A program made the translations under genes and the position numbers. Shown in pieces: positions 51,167-64,000 of a stretch of DNA of 64,000 bases. The notes under the pieces were generated by a model. It was not told the origin of the DNA. It saw only the letters and a program-made list of their open reading frames with translations, and ran no database searches. Each line of letters opens with the position of its first letter. Positions within the stretch are counted from its first letter, which is position 1. The DNA comes from Gnetum montanum (taxonomy: Eukaryota; Plantae; Gnetophyta): the NCBI GenBank assembly GCA_015680685.1, contig MNCI01001491.1:7546-71545 (forward strand). The letters run 5' to 3'.

Positions 51167-51869
51167 CCCTCAATTCCTTTTTAAGCTTTTTTTTTACACA
51201 TTTTTGTTTTAAAAATTTCTTTAACTTTTCTTGTTTTTGTTTTGCAACATCATTTATAATTTTTTATTTCTTTGTGTGACTATTTTTTTTGTTTATTTTT
51301 GTTCTTATTTTTATCTTTGTTTATTGTTTTTATTTTGTTAGATTCCTCACCTAATAAGTGCTTCTAATGGTAGTATGAATTGTGTTCTATGGATTGCTAA
51401 TGTTTGGTTTTTACCTTTGAGTTATAATGTTCATACTAAGGTATGGTTCTTTTGATATAATAGGCAATGAGTCTATGGAATCCATGCATCCATGAATTTC
51501 TATGGTCTCTCTTAGCTTGGAACTGTACAGTCCCTTTCTTTAATAATAAAACTATTAACAAATTGGTGACTGGGAAGTTCTCAAACTAAGGAAGGACTCA
51601 AGGACTGAAAAAGGTGTGACTTTAAGGGGATTTGATGCATTTGCACTGGCTATTCTCTTGGGTGCTTGGATGTGTTCTTCTTGAGTTTTCCTTACCATTC
51701 CGACGTTGCTCCATTCCATTTTCAAGAAGCTAAGCCAATAAAAATAAGTCTTTGCATGGTGTGGTTCTCTCACAAAAAAAAAAACAAAAAAGTGAGAATT
51801 CAAAGCTCACCCCTTAGAAAAAGTAATCATCTAGGCTACAAGCATTGGTTATGGTACTCAACAAACAAG

Positions 51870-52830
51870 TTTCCTCTAATTAAGGACCTCTCTCGCTTCC
51901 TACTTTTCCCTTTCTCATTTCCTCGGAATGGGGATGACTCTTTGGTGGAAACATCCTTGTTACTTCAAGTGGATGGATTGGCCAAGTGTATTAATGCGAA
52001 GTTGCTAGATATGGATTATTTGAGGCTAGATTTGGAATGAGATCTACTTAGTTACATTAACCATACATACACAAGTGGCTGTACACCACCTTGTTCTTGG
52101 GAATCCATTCCATTCTCTTCTCCCCATCATTCTTTCTCCATTTTCCACCTCATTGCTAGTTGTATTAGTAGTCCATATTTTGGTTGATGCATTGCTTTCT
52201 CTTAGGTGAATTCTTGGGGTTAAGTCTTTAATTCTTGATCCCAAATGACATTTCCAAAGCCTATGGACTCTTTGAATGTGGGTTTGTCAAGGCATAAAGG
52301 GCATGAGCCTACTTTGGGGAGGACCCACTGGCATTCCTATTTGGTGCATTAGTTAACTTCTTTCCCTTGAACATTCCTGCAATCAACATTTTTTGAGTTC
52401 ATTCCCATCTCTGACATCCATTTTATCAATGTTGTCATTGTTTCTTTTTCTCCATCTTTCTTATTCATTATCTTTTTCTATTTTATCACTACTGGAGGAT
52501 CGCTCTTAGTCATGGGGGCCCTAGTCCAATTTTTTCAATTTTCCTAACCCCTACACCTTGGGTAGTCACCAGTGTTATATCTTGAGAATCCGTATTCACC
52601 ATATCACAACTCAACCAATGGACCTTACACCGAGGCAAGATATCAACTGTATTGTGATTTACTTATCCTTTCTCATATGTGACTGTGTTGTGTGTGTAGA
52701 TGGCAATCATACAGCAATGGACTGGACCTGGAGAAAACACTTAGGATGGACTGGTGTTGGAACAGTTTTGCAAGGAATAAGATTGATAGTGTGATTATGG
52801 ATGGACAATGGAAGGTGCAATCCTGGTGTC
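51870..52830 (+). pseudogene. Degenerate hydrophobic env-like 3' ORF of F
   Basis: PFSTSLLVVLVVHILVDALL...AYFGEDPLAFLFGALVNFF...GGSLLVMGAL...MDWTWRKHLGW, homologous to E 42330-43400. Confidence 0.55.
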
Positions 52831-53081
52831 GGTAGCAACACATCTTCTTCTTTTCTCTCTCTCTCTCTCTTCTTTCTCAGCTGTCAAATAAGGCTGGATG
52901 TCATTTGTGTATAGTGTTCATTCTTATAGTCATGAACACTAATATTGTCATGTATTGTAATGATTGATCTATTCACACGTCATCCCCTTCATCATTAGTT
53001 GTCATTCAAGTCAATAATCCCATACCTTCCCAATATTTTGTAAGGAACTCGAGGACGAGTTTTCATTCAGTCATGGGGGTA

Positions 53082-53874
53082 TGATGAGATGAGATATTGC
53101 GTACGCGATATTGCATCTGCCACACGATCTTGCATCCTACCTTGTCTTCTATAAATAAGAGGTGGCACCCTTTGTTCAAGGGGCTTAGACTTAGACCCTT
53201 AGCCAGATTCTTGTAGTTTAGTCATTCCAAAGTTAGAATTATTTCTATGTGCCTACAGTAGGAGTCATAGTGTGAACAGATCTTTATTTGAGCAATTTCT
53301 ACTTGAGCACAATTTTGTGTATGGAAATAAGATGAACTTTATGATAAACCTTGTAGCATAACAGATTAAGCTAATTCATAATTAATGATTGTTTAATGCT
53401 TTCTTAGTTAATTAATCTCTTTCTCAACCTTCAACCCCCATAGTTAAATACACTCAGTATGACCGCTTCGAGCATGCGTCTAGCGCTTGGTAACCTAGTA
53501 ACGATTAGCGTTTGGTAATCCCAGCAGCATTGCACTAGTTCAAGATGTGTACGGAAAGTGGGAATGGATACTGGTGTTAGGAACATTTAGAAACTAGTTA
53601 ATGAATAGTTAATGTAAGTTAGTCACTTAGTTCTCTCTCCCTTTCCTTTATTAGCAAAAGACATAAAAAGACAAAAATCTATAAAAATCATATACCTCAA
53701 GCTTACTTAACCATATAACCGTGACAATACAAGTAAGTTTGGGAAGACAATGATTGATTAATCTTGAGTGTTCCATTAAGGCACGTAAGCACTTAGTCCT
53801 TGGAATTTGACCGGATCATGTGTGAAATGCTCATATTAGTATGGTTGAGTGTAGGGGTACCTCACCACTCATCA
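53082..53874 (+). repeat. 3' LTR of F, preceded by PPT GGGGGTA (53075-53081)
   Basis: Direct repeat of 47018-47809, followed by TSD CCTAG. Confidence 0.95.
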
Positions 53875-53879
53875 CCTAG

Positions 53880-56420
53880 GAAGATGGCCAACTTTTATCG
53901 AATCAATGATGGCATGAGTTAACATGACCGTATGCATTGAGCGTGGTTTTTGGGTTGAAGGGAGCTTCAAAGCTTCAAGTGATAGTGAGGCAGTTGAAGA
54001 ATCAGTCGCTTGTGGTTGCAAGAGCTTAGTTAGACTATTGGTTCTAAAGAAAGGTCTTTTCTTCATGTGGTTGTCAGAACCAACAGTAGATTGAGGGTTA
54101 AAAACCCTTTTGGCATTATGTTGCTACAGCTGGGTAGGGATTTCACCCTGCATAGCTGGAGTAGGTGGTAATGGTGTTAAGGGTGGAAGAGGTGCAACCA
54201 GATGAGAAGGATGGTATGTTTTTGAAACATCACCCCTAGGAGAAGTCTTATAGTACTCACGGGCTTGGTAGTGAGGTTGAGGAGTGATGTGACCAGTAGA
54301 GTTATGTGGAGAGACTAGTTGCTGCTCATAATATCCATACGGGTTAAGTTGTCGATAAGGATACTATTGTCATCGTGGTGGCATTCCCCATGATTATGGG
54401 TATTGTCATTATTGATACTGCTCGATTGGTTGTGGTGGAGTTCCACTTTGATAATATGTTAAGGGTTGGTGGAACTACCTTGGGTTACCTTGAGGATAAG
54501 GTAACCTTTGGGGTTTTTGCCTCTTGTTTAATCGTGGGTTGAGTGCATACACCCCATACTCCTACAGATGTGAGATTATAGGGCAACATCCATTAGGATG
54601 GTTATATTGGCATATCTTGCATCCACTATCATTGTCTGTATCCGAATCCACAACCTCTTCGATGATGGCAACTTTGCCCTTACCGTTGTTATGTGCATGT
54701 TCAATTTCTCCATTTTTTCTTTTTTCGTGATTACTACGTGGCTCTCTAGACTCCTATACTATTTTAATAATAGTTTAAAATCTATCATCTAGGGAATCCC
54801 ACATTTGGTCTACCTTTGTTGATATTTTCGATGCTAATTTTTGGATAGGCAAGGTTTTCCTATTCACCATCTCTTCAAGTGGTGACTCTTCTTCATCCTC
54901 ATAGAATCTTACTTCCCTCTTTCAGAGGGAAGGATCTCTATTATATTCCTCTACACTATCTCTTTTCCTTAGCTCACCTTATTCTTTAGCAACTCACTCC
55001 AATAATATTTGAACTTGATGGATCCTAAGCTCAAATAGCCTCCCTTGGGCATACGTCCCAAGGGTTCTTCACGTTTCATGCCTAATCCCATCTACAAGAT
55101 GTTGTAGTTGATCCCTCTGCGAATAACCATGGCCAAAACAATGATGTAACAGTGCATAATATCAATCTATGATAGCATCCAAGGGTTCATGCACTCCTTC
55201 TTTTCAGCCTTGGATTTTCTTTCGCAAGTTGGACACTCGGGAGTACGTTTCGTACTTATCGTTAAACAATTCTAACATGGTACTCCACCTATGAATGGCT
55301 TCTGGTTCTAAGGACCGGTACAGCTCTCTGCTTCTTTGACTAGTGTCCATGGGAACAACTTAAGTTTTTTCCATTTGCTTTCTATGTTTTGTAAGGTACA
55401 TGCATCTTGAAATGCTTGTAGATGATTTTGAGGATCAGCGTTGTACCCCCCTTCAAATCTTGGTATGTTGTTCATGTCTAATCTCTTGATCCTACTATAT
55501 TTTTGGTGCCTTGTTGGGATTTTGATAGCCTCAATTATGTCTAGCATACTTCAAGTAGTGAGTAGGGGTTCATCATGATCGTCCCGTCTATGGCGTCTAT
55601 GATGCCTATGTTGTTCCATACTCTCCCTTCTTTCACGGTGTGTTTCTCTAGAGTGCCCTTGTTCCCTTTCTTGAATATTTTATCTATGACTCCCATTTCA
55701 CTTACCCTTATCCTCATGGTATTTTTCCTTGTGACTGCATCCAGATCCTGAAGGAGAAGGTGAAGGAGATGATGAAGGTGAAGAAGAAAGAGAACCATCA
55801 CCCTGTTGGTGCCTACTTCCTTCTCCTTGATGGTCGCGACCCCGATCGTGCTTACAATAAGAATGTCTATCTTTGTCATGTGCTTGTGTTCCTTTTTTAG
55901 ATCCTTTGTGTCTGTTAGTACCAAAATCTGGGTTATGAATAGTTGAGTAAAGATTTCGATATATAACCCCTTGACCAAAGTCATAGGAGGAACATCATTA
56001 TGTGGTCAACTACTTGAGGCAGGTTCACCACCCTCATTTTCCTTAGGACATGTGGAACATTTTGCAACAACTTTCTCCTATTGTAAATCCCTTTGACATT
56101 GTGCCTCTATGGGTCAATACTCTCTCAAGTCATGATCATGCACAATGTACTCAGCTTGTAAGTGTTGCATACCAATTCGTGTGAGATCATGAAGAAGCAT
56201 GCCTGGGACAAAGCAATCAAGAGGTAACACTATGTTACCTTCTAAATCTCGCCAACATAGTTGTTCATCCTAGTGGAGGATATAGGTAAATTTTGGTACA
56301 TATTCATCAAGATGAACATATACCACACAAAACTATTAAGGAACTAGCAGATTATCATGTGTACTATGCCTCCAATTGTTCCTTATATCAGACCTAGGCA
56401 GTGAAACACTTTCGTATGAA
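53880..56420 (-). pseudogene. gag: gag pseudogene of E
   Basis: ORF 55308-55547 reads IPRFEGGYNADPQNHLQAFQDAC..KLKLFPWTLVKEAESC. Colinear with F 47950-50555. Confidence 0.9.
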
Positions 56421-56550
56421 GAAGGAGACATGATTGTCTATTCAATGTGAAATGTATTATTATTTATTATTTTTCTTTAACCAACCCCAAGGGTTCATTC
56501 CAATGATGTGAAAGATTTCCTATGTTCTAGTTAGCGCACAAATAACAAAG

Positions 56551-56568
56551 TCCCTGGCAACGATGCCA
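56551..56568 (-). promoter_or_regulatory. PBS of E (tRNA-Asp type)
   Basis: Minus strand TGGCATCGTTGCCAGGGA, 1 nt from the LTR end. Confidence 0.9.
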
Positions 56569-56569
56569 A

Positions 56570-57382
56570 TGATGAGCGGCGAGGTATCCCTACGCTCAAC
56601 CATACCAATACGATCGCCCACACATGATCTAGTTGAATTCCAAGGACTAAGTGCTTATGCACCTTTGTATGGGTTGATCAATAATTTTCTTCCCAAGCTT
56701 ACTTGTATGTCATGATTGTATGGTTAAGTAAACTTGAGGCATATGATTTTTATACTTTTTATGTTTTTATGTCCTTCTGCTAATAAGGGAGGAGATAGAT
56801 AACTAAGTAACTAATTTAATTTAACTAATTATTACTAGGCTTTAACTGACCCTAACACCAGTATCTGTTCACACTTGTTGTACACACCTTGAACCAATGC
56901 AACACTACTGGGATTACCAAACGCTAATCATTACTAGGTTACCAAGTGTTACATGCATGCTCGAAGTGATCGTACTATGTATGCTTACTTAGGAGAGTTG
57001 TAGGGTGAGAGAGAATCATTAATTAACTAAGGAAAGCATTAAGTAATAGTAATTAACATTAATTAATCTATTCTGAATGCTACAAGATTTATCACAAAGT
57101 TTGTCTTTATTGTTGTGCACAAGGTGTGCCCAGGTACACAATGCTTGAATAAAGATCTATTCACTTTATGACTCCTACTGTGGGATGTAGAAATAATTCT
57201 AACTCTAAGAGGGAGAAAATGAAAGAGTTTGGATAAGGTACTAAGAATAACTATGCAAACCAAGTATGCCTGCCTCTTATTTATAGGCAATAAGACAAGC
57301 CGCGATATTGCGTATGTGATATCACATGGAAGGCCACGATATCACATACACGATATCGCAGGCGTAATATCCTGGCTCATCA
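56570..57382 (-). repeat. 5' LTR of E
   Basis: Direct repeat of 41379-42174, flanked by the TSD. Confidence 0.95.
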
Positions 57383-57387
57383 AGGTG

Positions 57388-60300
57388 CAAGGATGAGAGA
57401 ATTGGATGAGGAATACATCAAATGTGTAAGTGTTTCCTAATCTTTGAAAGATTAAGAAATGTATATGGCCTACTTTGCATAATCTTGAATTCCCCATTTC
57501 CATCGCTAACCACGTTGAAGGGAAACTCTTTCCATGGTGCATTCATGGGTCCATCATTGTCAGTTTTGTCCTCTCCTACTCTATCAAGATTCTCAACTTT
57601 GTGGTTAACAATAGGATATTCTTCCTGAAACTCCACTTTGGATCCTTATTCGATGTCAACATTGTTGACTACTAAAGGAACCGTACTATTGCCATGAATG
57701 ATTCTTTCACCTCCCTCATAAGGCAAGTGAATTTCTTGGTAGATGGATGAGGATTCAACTCACAATTGAGCTAGCCAATGCCTCCCCAAGATAAGAGTGA
57801 ATCCTAGTGTCTCTTCCACCACCAAGAAGTTGGTTGTTATGGGGAATTATTCCCCTACCACAAAGTCTAAGAAAATGAATCCTTTTATAGTCATCCAAGA
57901 TCCATTGAAGGATTTCGAAGTTGAATTTGAAGTGTACTACATGTGCTCCATTATGCCTAAATGTTCAACAATGGTATAGGATATTATGTTAGTTTCCACT
58001 TCATTGTCAACATGCACCCTATGCAATTTATATTGCCCTACTCTTATGGTTATAAATAGAAGATCTTTAGTTCTCTTGCCATCATGGGGGTTGGTTTTCA
58101 CCTTACTTCCATGGAACACTAATATTGTTGATCTCGTTTCTTCCTTTGGTGAGGGAGGTACCATCATTGCATGGATGGACTCCTCACTATCAGGGATGTC
58201 CTTGCTAAAAGGAATAGAAGTCAACATCTTTACTAGTGTCTTACGATGAGTAGTGGAGGTCATGACCAAGTCATATAGGCTAAAAGATGTATTCTTTTGC
58301 TTTAGAGACTATTTGACCTGCTCCATGGCATTGAGAAAGTCCTTGTCATTTGGTTGTCAATTTCTCATTTTTTTGTTCTTAATTTCTTCCATGCATTCTA
58401 ATATGTGAACTTCATGTTTTAATTATTATGGCTTGGCCTCTTTTCCCTTCCCTTATTCTTTGTATTCCTCACATGGTTGATTGGTTGAAGCAACCTAGGC
58501 ATTATAGCTCATTGCAATGGATGAGATGGGAGTGGGCTTCGGTGGACCTACTTCCTTCCATGCCTTGGCCTAGTTTTTGTGTTTATTTGTAGGCTTCATT
58601 TTAGGCTTCTTGAATTGTTTACTAGGGGTTTTTTTGTTGTGGTTTTTTGGTTTGAAAGAAGTCATTACGTTGGCCACCATAGGGGGACATTGTTCGATTG
58701 TTTTAATGGTTGGTTTAGTTTTAATGGAAGGGGGCACTTTGATCATAAAAGAATCCTTTGGAGGCATGGATGATGGTATCCTTACAAGAAAAGGGGACCT
58801 TGAGCTAGTTGAATTTGAATGACCCCTATCATTGTAAGGAGGTATGTGAATCATGAATAACTCCCATGTGGGTCTAGAATCATTGTTTACATTGAATGCC
58901 ATAATGGTCTATGAGTTGTTGTTGGCATTCAATGGATCCTTATAGACTTGCATGGATTGGTTTCATGGTTTGAATAGATTAGATTCATCAAGGACCAACT
59001 CATCCTTGTCTATCATCTTCTACAAGTCATCCTTTAGCACTAAGAAAAAGTTTGTATCATGACTTCGCAATTGATGGTAGTGGCATAATCAATCAAGTTT
59101 GAAATACTTAGACACCAATGAGGCATCCTTGGTTGCAAGAGAAGGGTTCTTGATGATTTCACATAGTCTATCATGCCTCTTGTAGACATTCTTAATCAAT
59201 TTTTTATATTATATTCTCCCACTCTTCAACATCTAGTCAAGGAGTTTAGATGGTTTTAATGGTAGCCTAGTGTACTTAAATTGGTATTTTCATTTGTGAT
59301 TGGATGTTGTGTTGCCTGATGTAGAGGCTCTAGATGTTGATGGTTGATTATTTGTTGTGGGGGCCTTTGGTTGATTTGTTTTATGCCCCTGTGTTACTTT
59401 GTTTTCTTGCGCAATAGTGGCCACAAATACATTGTTTTACCTTCCTCTTTTTTTGTCTTTCTGAGTGTGTTAGTTATTATATGCCACATAGGCAAGGTCA
59501 TGGCTGGCCTCCATGACATCCTCTATGTTTTTTGTTTAAGAAAAAACCTAGTTGAGTGACCACAAGTTTAGGTAGTAGAGTTTGAACTTAATGAAATCAT
59601 TAATTGCCTCCTTGAATATGGCAAGAAGATGGGTCTTAGCTATGATTTATAGAATCTCGTTTAGGAGATCATTCCATCATTGTATAAATTTTTGTACAGG
59701 TTCAAGGGGTCTCTTCTTAACCTTTATTAATTGATCAAGAGTTGTGTTAGGCTTCAAGTTGTACTTAAAGTGGTTAAAAAATTGTGATATCAAGTCCTCA
59801 AGAAAGGATATAGATCCTCTTGGCAATGTGCAATACCAGTCCAGAGCCTTTTTCATTAGGGACATAGAGAATATTCACATTATAGTATGCATCCAAGCTT
59901 GCAACAATAAACACTCAAAATAGAATGTGATAAGGTGTGCATTAGGGTTACCCTCACCATTGTGCTTAGTGAATTGAGGTATAGGGATGCCTAATGGAAG
60001 ATTTATCTATGGGAAAATAGGACTGATTGGATTGTCCTGACAGAAATCCATGATTTTTACCATCTGGGTTGTGGTAGTCTTAATATTTTGTAACTCTTCT
60101 ATAAGATCCTAGATCATTTGAAATGCCTAATCTAGGCCTTTTAGCATCCCAGTGGGTTGTGGCATATGTACAAATGGATATGGTGTGAGTTGGGAGCTTG
60201 TGGCCTCACAATAGGTTGTGGCATAAAAGAAGGGACTAGGTCATCATGATTATAAGAGGGCCAAAATAGTGAGAAGGAGGTTGGTGAATGTACTTGGGGA

Positions 60301-62270
60301 ATAAAAGGTACAAAGGGTGTTTGTAACCCATGGATTATTTGAGGCTTCACTATAGGATCTACTATCATAGAGAAGGGGTGATTAGAGGTGATAACCACTA
60401 GTGACGACTAAGCTTATTGTAATTGTGTAACAATTGGCATAGATGAGAAGATGGATGTGGTTTAGGGCACCAATTGCACCTAATGTGCCGCTATCATGGG
60501 TGGTGGTCCAAACATGGTTAGATAGATGGGTGATAAAGGTTGAGGAACTTGCCCCATGAAGGAGGTTAGATGGGCTGAGGTGGGCATAGTGGCTTGAGGA
60601 ATGGTTGATTGTTTGTTATGGGGGCCTTGGGTTGATTCATTTTAGGCGCTTGTGTGGTCTTGTTGTCTTTGTCCATAGTGGCCATAGCTATATTGTTTTT
60701 CCTCCCCTTCTCCTTATCCTTCTAAGTGTGCTAGTTCTTGTATGCCATGTAGGTAGGATTATGGCTAGCCTTGGCCACATCCTCTATTTTCTTTATTTGG
60801 AAAAAGGCTTGGCTAATTGACCATGGATCTAAATAGTATAGTTTTAACTTAATGAAGTCATTGATCATCCCTTTGAATTTAGCAAAAAGGTGGATCTTGG
60901 CTATCAATCCTAAAATCTCATTAAGAGGAGCATTCCATTATTGTATAAACTTCTATATTGGTTCAAGGGGTCCCTGCTTGACCTTCATTAATTGGTCAAG
61001 ATTCATATTGGGTTTAAATTTGTACTTGAAATAGTTAATGAACTATGAAATTAAGTCTTCAAGTGATGATATGGATCCTCTTGGTAGCGCATAGTACTAG
61101 TCCAAGGCTTTCTTGATGAGGGACATGAGAAAAATCCACATTATCTTATGTGGCTAGGCTTATGTCAATAGACACTTGGAATAGAAGGTTATAAGGTTAG
61201 CATTAGGGTCACCCTCACCATTTTACTTAGTACATTAAGGTATGGGGATGCCTAGTGAAAGAGTTATTAGTGGGATAGTAGAACTGATTAGATCATCCTA
61301 GTAGAAATCCATTTTCTTTAAAATTTGTGTTGTGGAGGCTTTGAGCTTTTGTAACTCTTCTGTCAAGTCTTAAATCATCTATAATGCTTGATCTAATCCT
61401 TGGGGAATTCCTATGGGTTGCAGTGTTTGTACAAATGGTTGAGGTATTGATTGAAAGGCTTAAGGCCTTGATATGGGATGTAGTACAAAAGAGAGAGGCT
61501 AGGTTATAGTGGTCATGAGTGGGCTAAACAATGAAAAGGATATTTCTACTAAAACTTAAGGCACAAAGGGAAAAAATGGTGTATGTGTCCTCTTGGTCAC
61601 TTGTGGTCCTACTATGGGGCCCATTGGTACAAAGAAGAAGTGAGTGATGGTGAAAACCACTAGTGAGGACCGTGCATAATGTGAATGCATGGCAAAGGAC
61701 ATAGAGGAGCAAAGGAAGGCCATTTGGGACATGAACTATGATTGATGGGCTACTATAATGGGTGTTGACCCAAACATGGTTGGATATACAAGAGATTATG
61801 GTTGAGGTTCCTATCCCATGAAAGAGATATGCAAGTCTGAAGTGGATGTGGTAGTTTGAGGGCTTGATTGTTGGGCTTTGCCTCAAACTCATCATGCTCT
61901 TGATGCTAGCCCTCCAAAATGAGATTTTTAATCCATTCATCCATCTCAATCAATTGAGAAATTATATGTGCCTAAGCATTGGTAATGGTATCTTGTCATA
62001 GGGGGAGGATATATATTGTTTTTCATTATGATGAATTAACTTGTACTCACGTTTGGCGTCAGCCTGTGCATGTGGAATGAGTAACCCATCTTGAATCTTA
62101 GCATAGATGTAGTTGTAATGTTCTTCGTTAAGCATAACAAAATCTAGACTTTGCCCTCTTTGCCTAAGTGATTGTCTATTCTTGGCTATAGTAGGATCTC
62201 TTAGATCACAAATCCTCATCCCATCTTGACTGGATGCTATGTCTATCATGTCAATGGGAAAAATTTTGGA
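57388..62270 (-). pseudogene. gag: gag-protease pseudogene of copy D with a tandemly duplicated capsid region
   Basis: SLMKKALDWYCTLPRGSISFLEDLISQFFNHFKYN. Zn knuckle CHYHQLRSHDT at ~59060-59090. Protease LHRVHVDNEVETNII..FTLILGRHWL. Confidence 0.88.
59341..61862 (-). repeat. ~1.26-kb diverged tandem duplication of gag
   Basis: 59341-60601 and 60602-61862 are colinear at an offset of ~1261. Confidence 0.85.
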
Positions 62271-63256
62271 CTTAATAAAAGGAATTTTCAAGGATGTTGA
62301 TTTGAATTTTTACTATTTGTAGTAAAAATTTGAGTAAGTGGGGTTGTTGAATGGTATAGTTGGTTATAAATGGAAAAAAATGATTGAAACTGCTACTATA
62401 GTGTAAATGCTATATATTGCATTTAAGTAAATAATCTTATGATTTTTCAAGTTGGTACCACAAACTACGTTGGTTTCACTAGCATAATCTATGCTAAGGA
62501 GAGTGCAATAGATCATAGTATTTCCTAGCCAACTACACTAAGGTAGGAGATGGGAAATGGTTTTTCACTTGGTAAAACCAAGATGAAAAGTTTTCCACCT
62601 TAGAGAAAGTACTTTGGTTATAAAAAATAAAGAAAAAATCAAATGAAAATTTTTGTATTCTCTAAGGACTATGTTGGAGTCTTAGAAGGGTCTATGTTGG
62701 ATTCTTACTAGATTTTCATAGTAGGAGGTTTTTGGTATTCTTCCAAGACTACGTTGGCCTTCGAAACATCCTAAATACAGGTTTTGATGTGCAAAATTTG
62801 TAGGTTTAAATGTTGACTATGTTGGGTTTAGAGAATCTAGTAACTACTATGAAATTATTATAAAAATCCAAATACCCACAATAACCACATTGGGAAGTAG
62901 TTGTAGGAATTCAAATGCCAACATTTAATTTGTATGAAGACTTCACTGTAGGGAGGATTTGAGTAATTAAATAGGACTACACTAGCCTTTAGAATAAACA
63001 AAGGAAATTTTTCCTATCAACTATGCTAGCCAAATAAAATAGTAGCTAATATGAAAATTTTTTAGCCAAAACTCAAATCACCTATCGCTACTATGTTGGG
63101 TATTGTGGGTAAGAATTTGAACACCAAGGTTGGTTTTACTATTAAGTGCTTGTAGGTTTTTAATTTCAAAATGTGAAAGACTTGGCATTTGGAAAAGGTT
63201 GGAGAAGGTTTCAGAAAATGTTGGAATAGGATTTTTGCTAAGAATTTGGGTGGAGG

Positions 63257-63273
63257 CACTCCTTCTAGTGCTA
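63257..63273 (-). promoter_or_regulatory. PBS of copy D (tRNA-Asn type)
   Basis: Minus strand TAGCACTAGAAGGAG after GTTTC. Confidence 0.8.
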
Positions 63274-63278
63274 GAAAC

Positions 63279-64000
63279 TATAGCATCTTGAACATGCAGT
63301 CACTTAAAGAACTAAAAATCCTAGGCAAAACAACATAACCTTGGATTCCAAGGGCTCCAAGAAGTAAGATCTAAGGTGCCTTGGACAATCTGGTCAATCA
63401 CCCAGGGACTTAGAGAATGTAGATGAGAATGAAAACATGAATGTAATTTTAGATTCAAATGAAAATAAATAAACACAAAATTAAACTTGAGACTAAACCT
63501 ACACTAGAAATGAACTAAAACCTTTATTGATATAGAAAACTTGGTAAAAGTATACAGTTCAAAGAGTATAGATTATGTGCTTAAATGCACAAGAAGCTTG
63601 GTTGGCTTAATCTTGAAGCTTGTTGAAGTTGGTAGGTTGTGTTCTGCAATCAAACTCTATCAAACTCTATGATCCAAGTACTCCCCACCTCCACTTGTCA
63701 AAAGCCTCTTGCTGGTTTTTTCTTGAATCTACAACTTTTTGGTGTAAATGGTGTGAATAATGATATTTGACTTTTATGACACTAGGACTACTCTAAGAGT
63801 CTCTAGTGCTCAGGTAGATGCTAAATTACTCCAAAAGACTTGTAAGTTCTAAAAATGGATTTTTTGGTGCTTATGATTACTATGGTGGCATTGTTGCAAA
63901 AATTGTTTCGAAATCAAAATGAAGTGTTCAAGTTTGGCTTTCATAGGTTTTAGGTTGCTAATTTTAGGCTACAAATTTCTACCATGATTACTAATAGATT
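63279..64000 (-). repeat. 5' LTR of copy D (cut by the window edge)
   Basis: Reverse complement is homologous to the 3' halves of LTR A and LTR C. Confidence 0.8.

Larger units (their letters stand above)
47018..53874 (+). mobile_element. Non-autonomous Athila-like element F (gag, protease, env-like; no RT/RH/INT)
   Basis: TSD CCTAG at 47013-47017 and 53875-53879. Two LTRs, PBS and PPT. Inserted between VGHLPR and KFSDLGSP of E. Confidence 0.95.
41379..57382 (-). mobile_element. Athila-like Ty3/gypsy element E with two LTRs and TSD
   Basis: TSD AGGTG at 41374-41378 and 57383-57387. LTR termini TGATGAG...CTCATCA. tRNA-Asp PBS. gag-PR-RT-INT. Confidence 0.95.
38290..64000 (-). mobile_element. 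Tat/Ogre-type element copy D (5' LTR at window end, split by E, 3' half missing)
   Basis: LTR, PBS and gag-pro lie at 57388-64000. The sequence continues across TSD AGGTG to 41373 and leftward, colinear with copy C 21300-26966. Confidence 0.85.

Overview
The window is plant heterochromatin made entirely of nested, mostly decayed Ty3/gypsy LTR retrotransposons. No host gene, RNA gene or CRISPR array is evident. Strong CG and CHG decay (excess CATG/CTAG, many TAG/TAA/TGA stops) suggests a large, heavily methylated land-plant genome (inference). Two families dominate. (1) A giant Tat/Ogre-type family with a tRNA-Asn PBS and an extra archaeal-type RNase H: copy A (~898-13778, +), an inverted LTR+PBS piece B (13804-14940, -), near-complete copy C (~14937-35552, +) and copy D (~38290-64000, -). 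(2) An Athila-like family with a tRNA-Asp PBS: element E (41379-57382, -, TSD AGGTG) inserted in D, non-autonomous element F (47018-53874, +, TSD CCTAG) inserted in E, and older remnants at 107-897 and 35553-38260. The most striking structure is in the Tat/Ogre family. Gag-protease and RT-RH-aRH-INT are separated by ~9 kb that holds an antisense, 8-exon GT-AG spliced gene, seen in three copies with conserved intron phases. Its product has an FCP1/SCP-type HAD phosphatase-like domain lacking the catalytic aspartates, a basic NLS-like patch, a plant-mobile-domain-like region and an acidic/coiled-coil tail. Upstream of this gene lies a ~2.2-2.5 kb array of inverted CCACGCTGG-like motifs spaced ~190 bp apart, and the same motif is tandemly repeated in the LTR. 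This is a candidate retrotransposon-encoded chromatin or anti-silencing system. All alignments and translations were done by eye. Unless tied to a TSD, PBS or splice site, boundaries are approximate.
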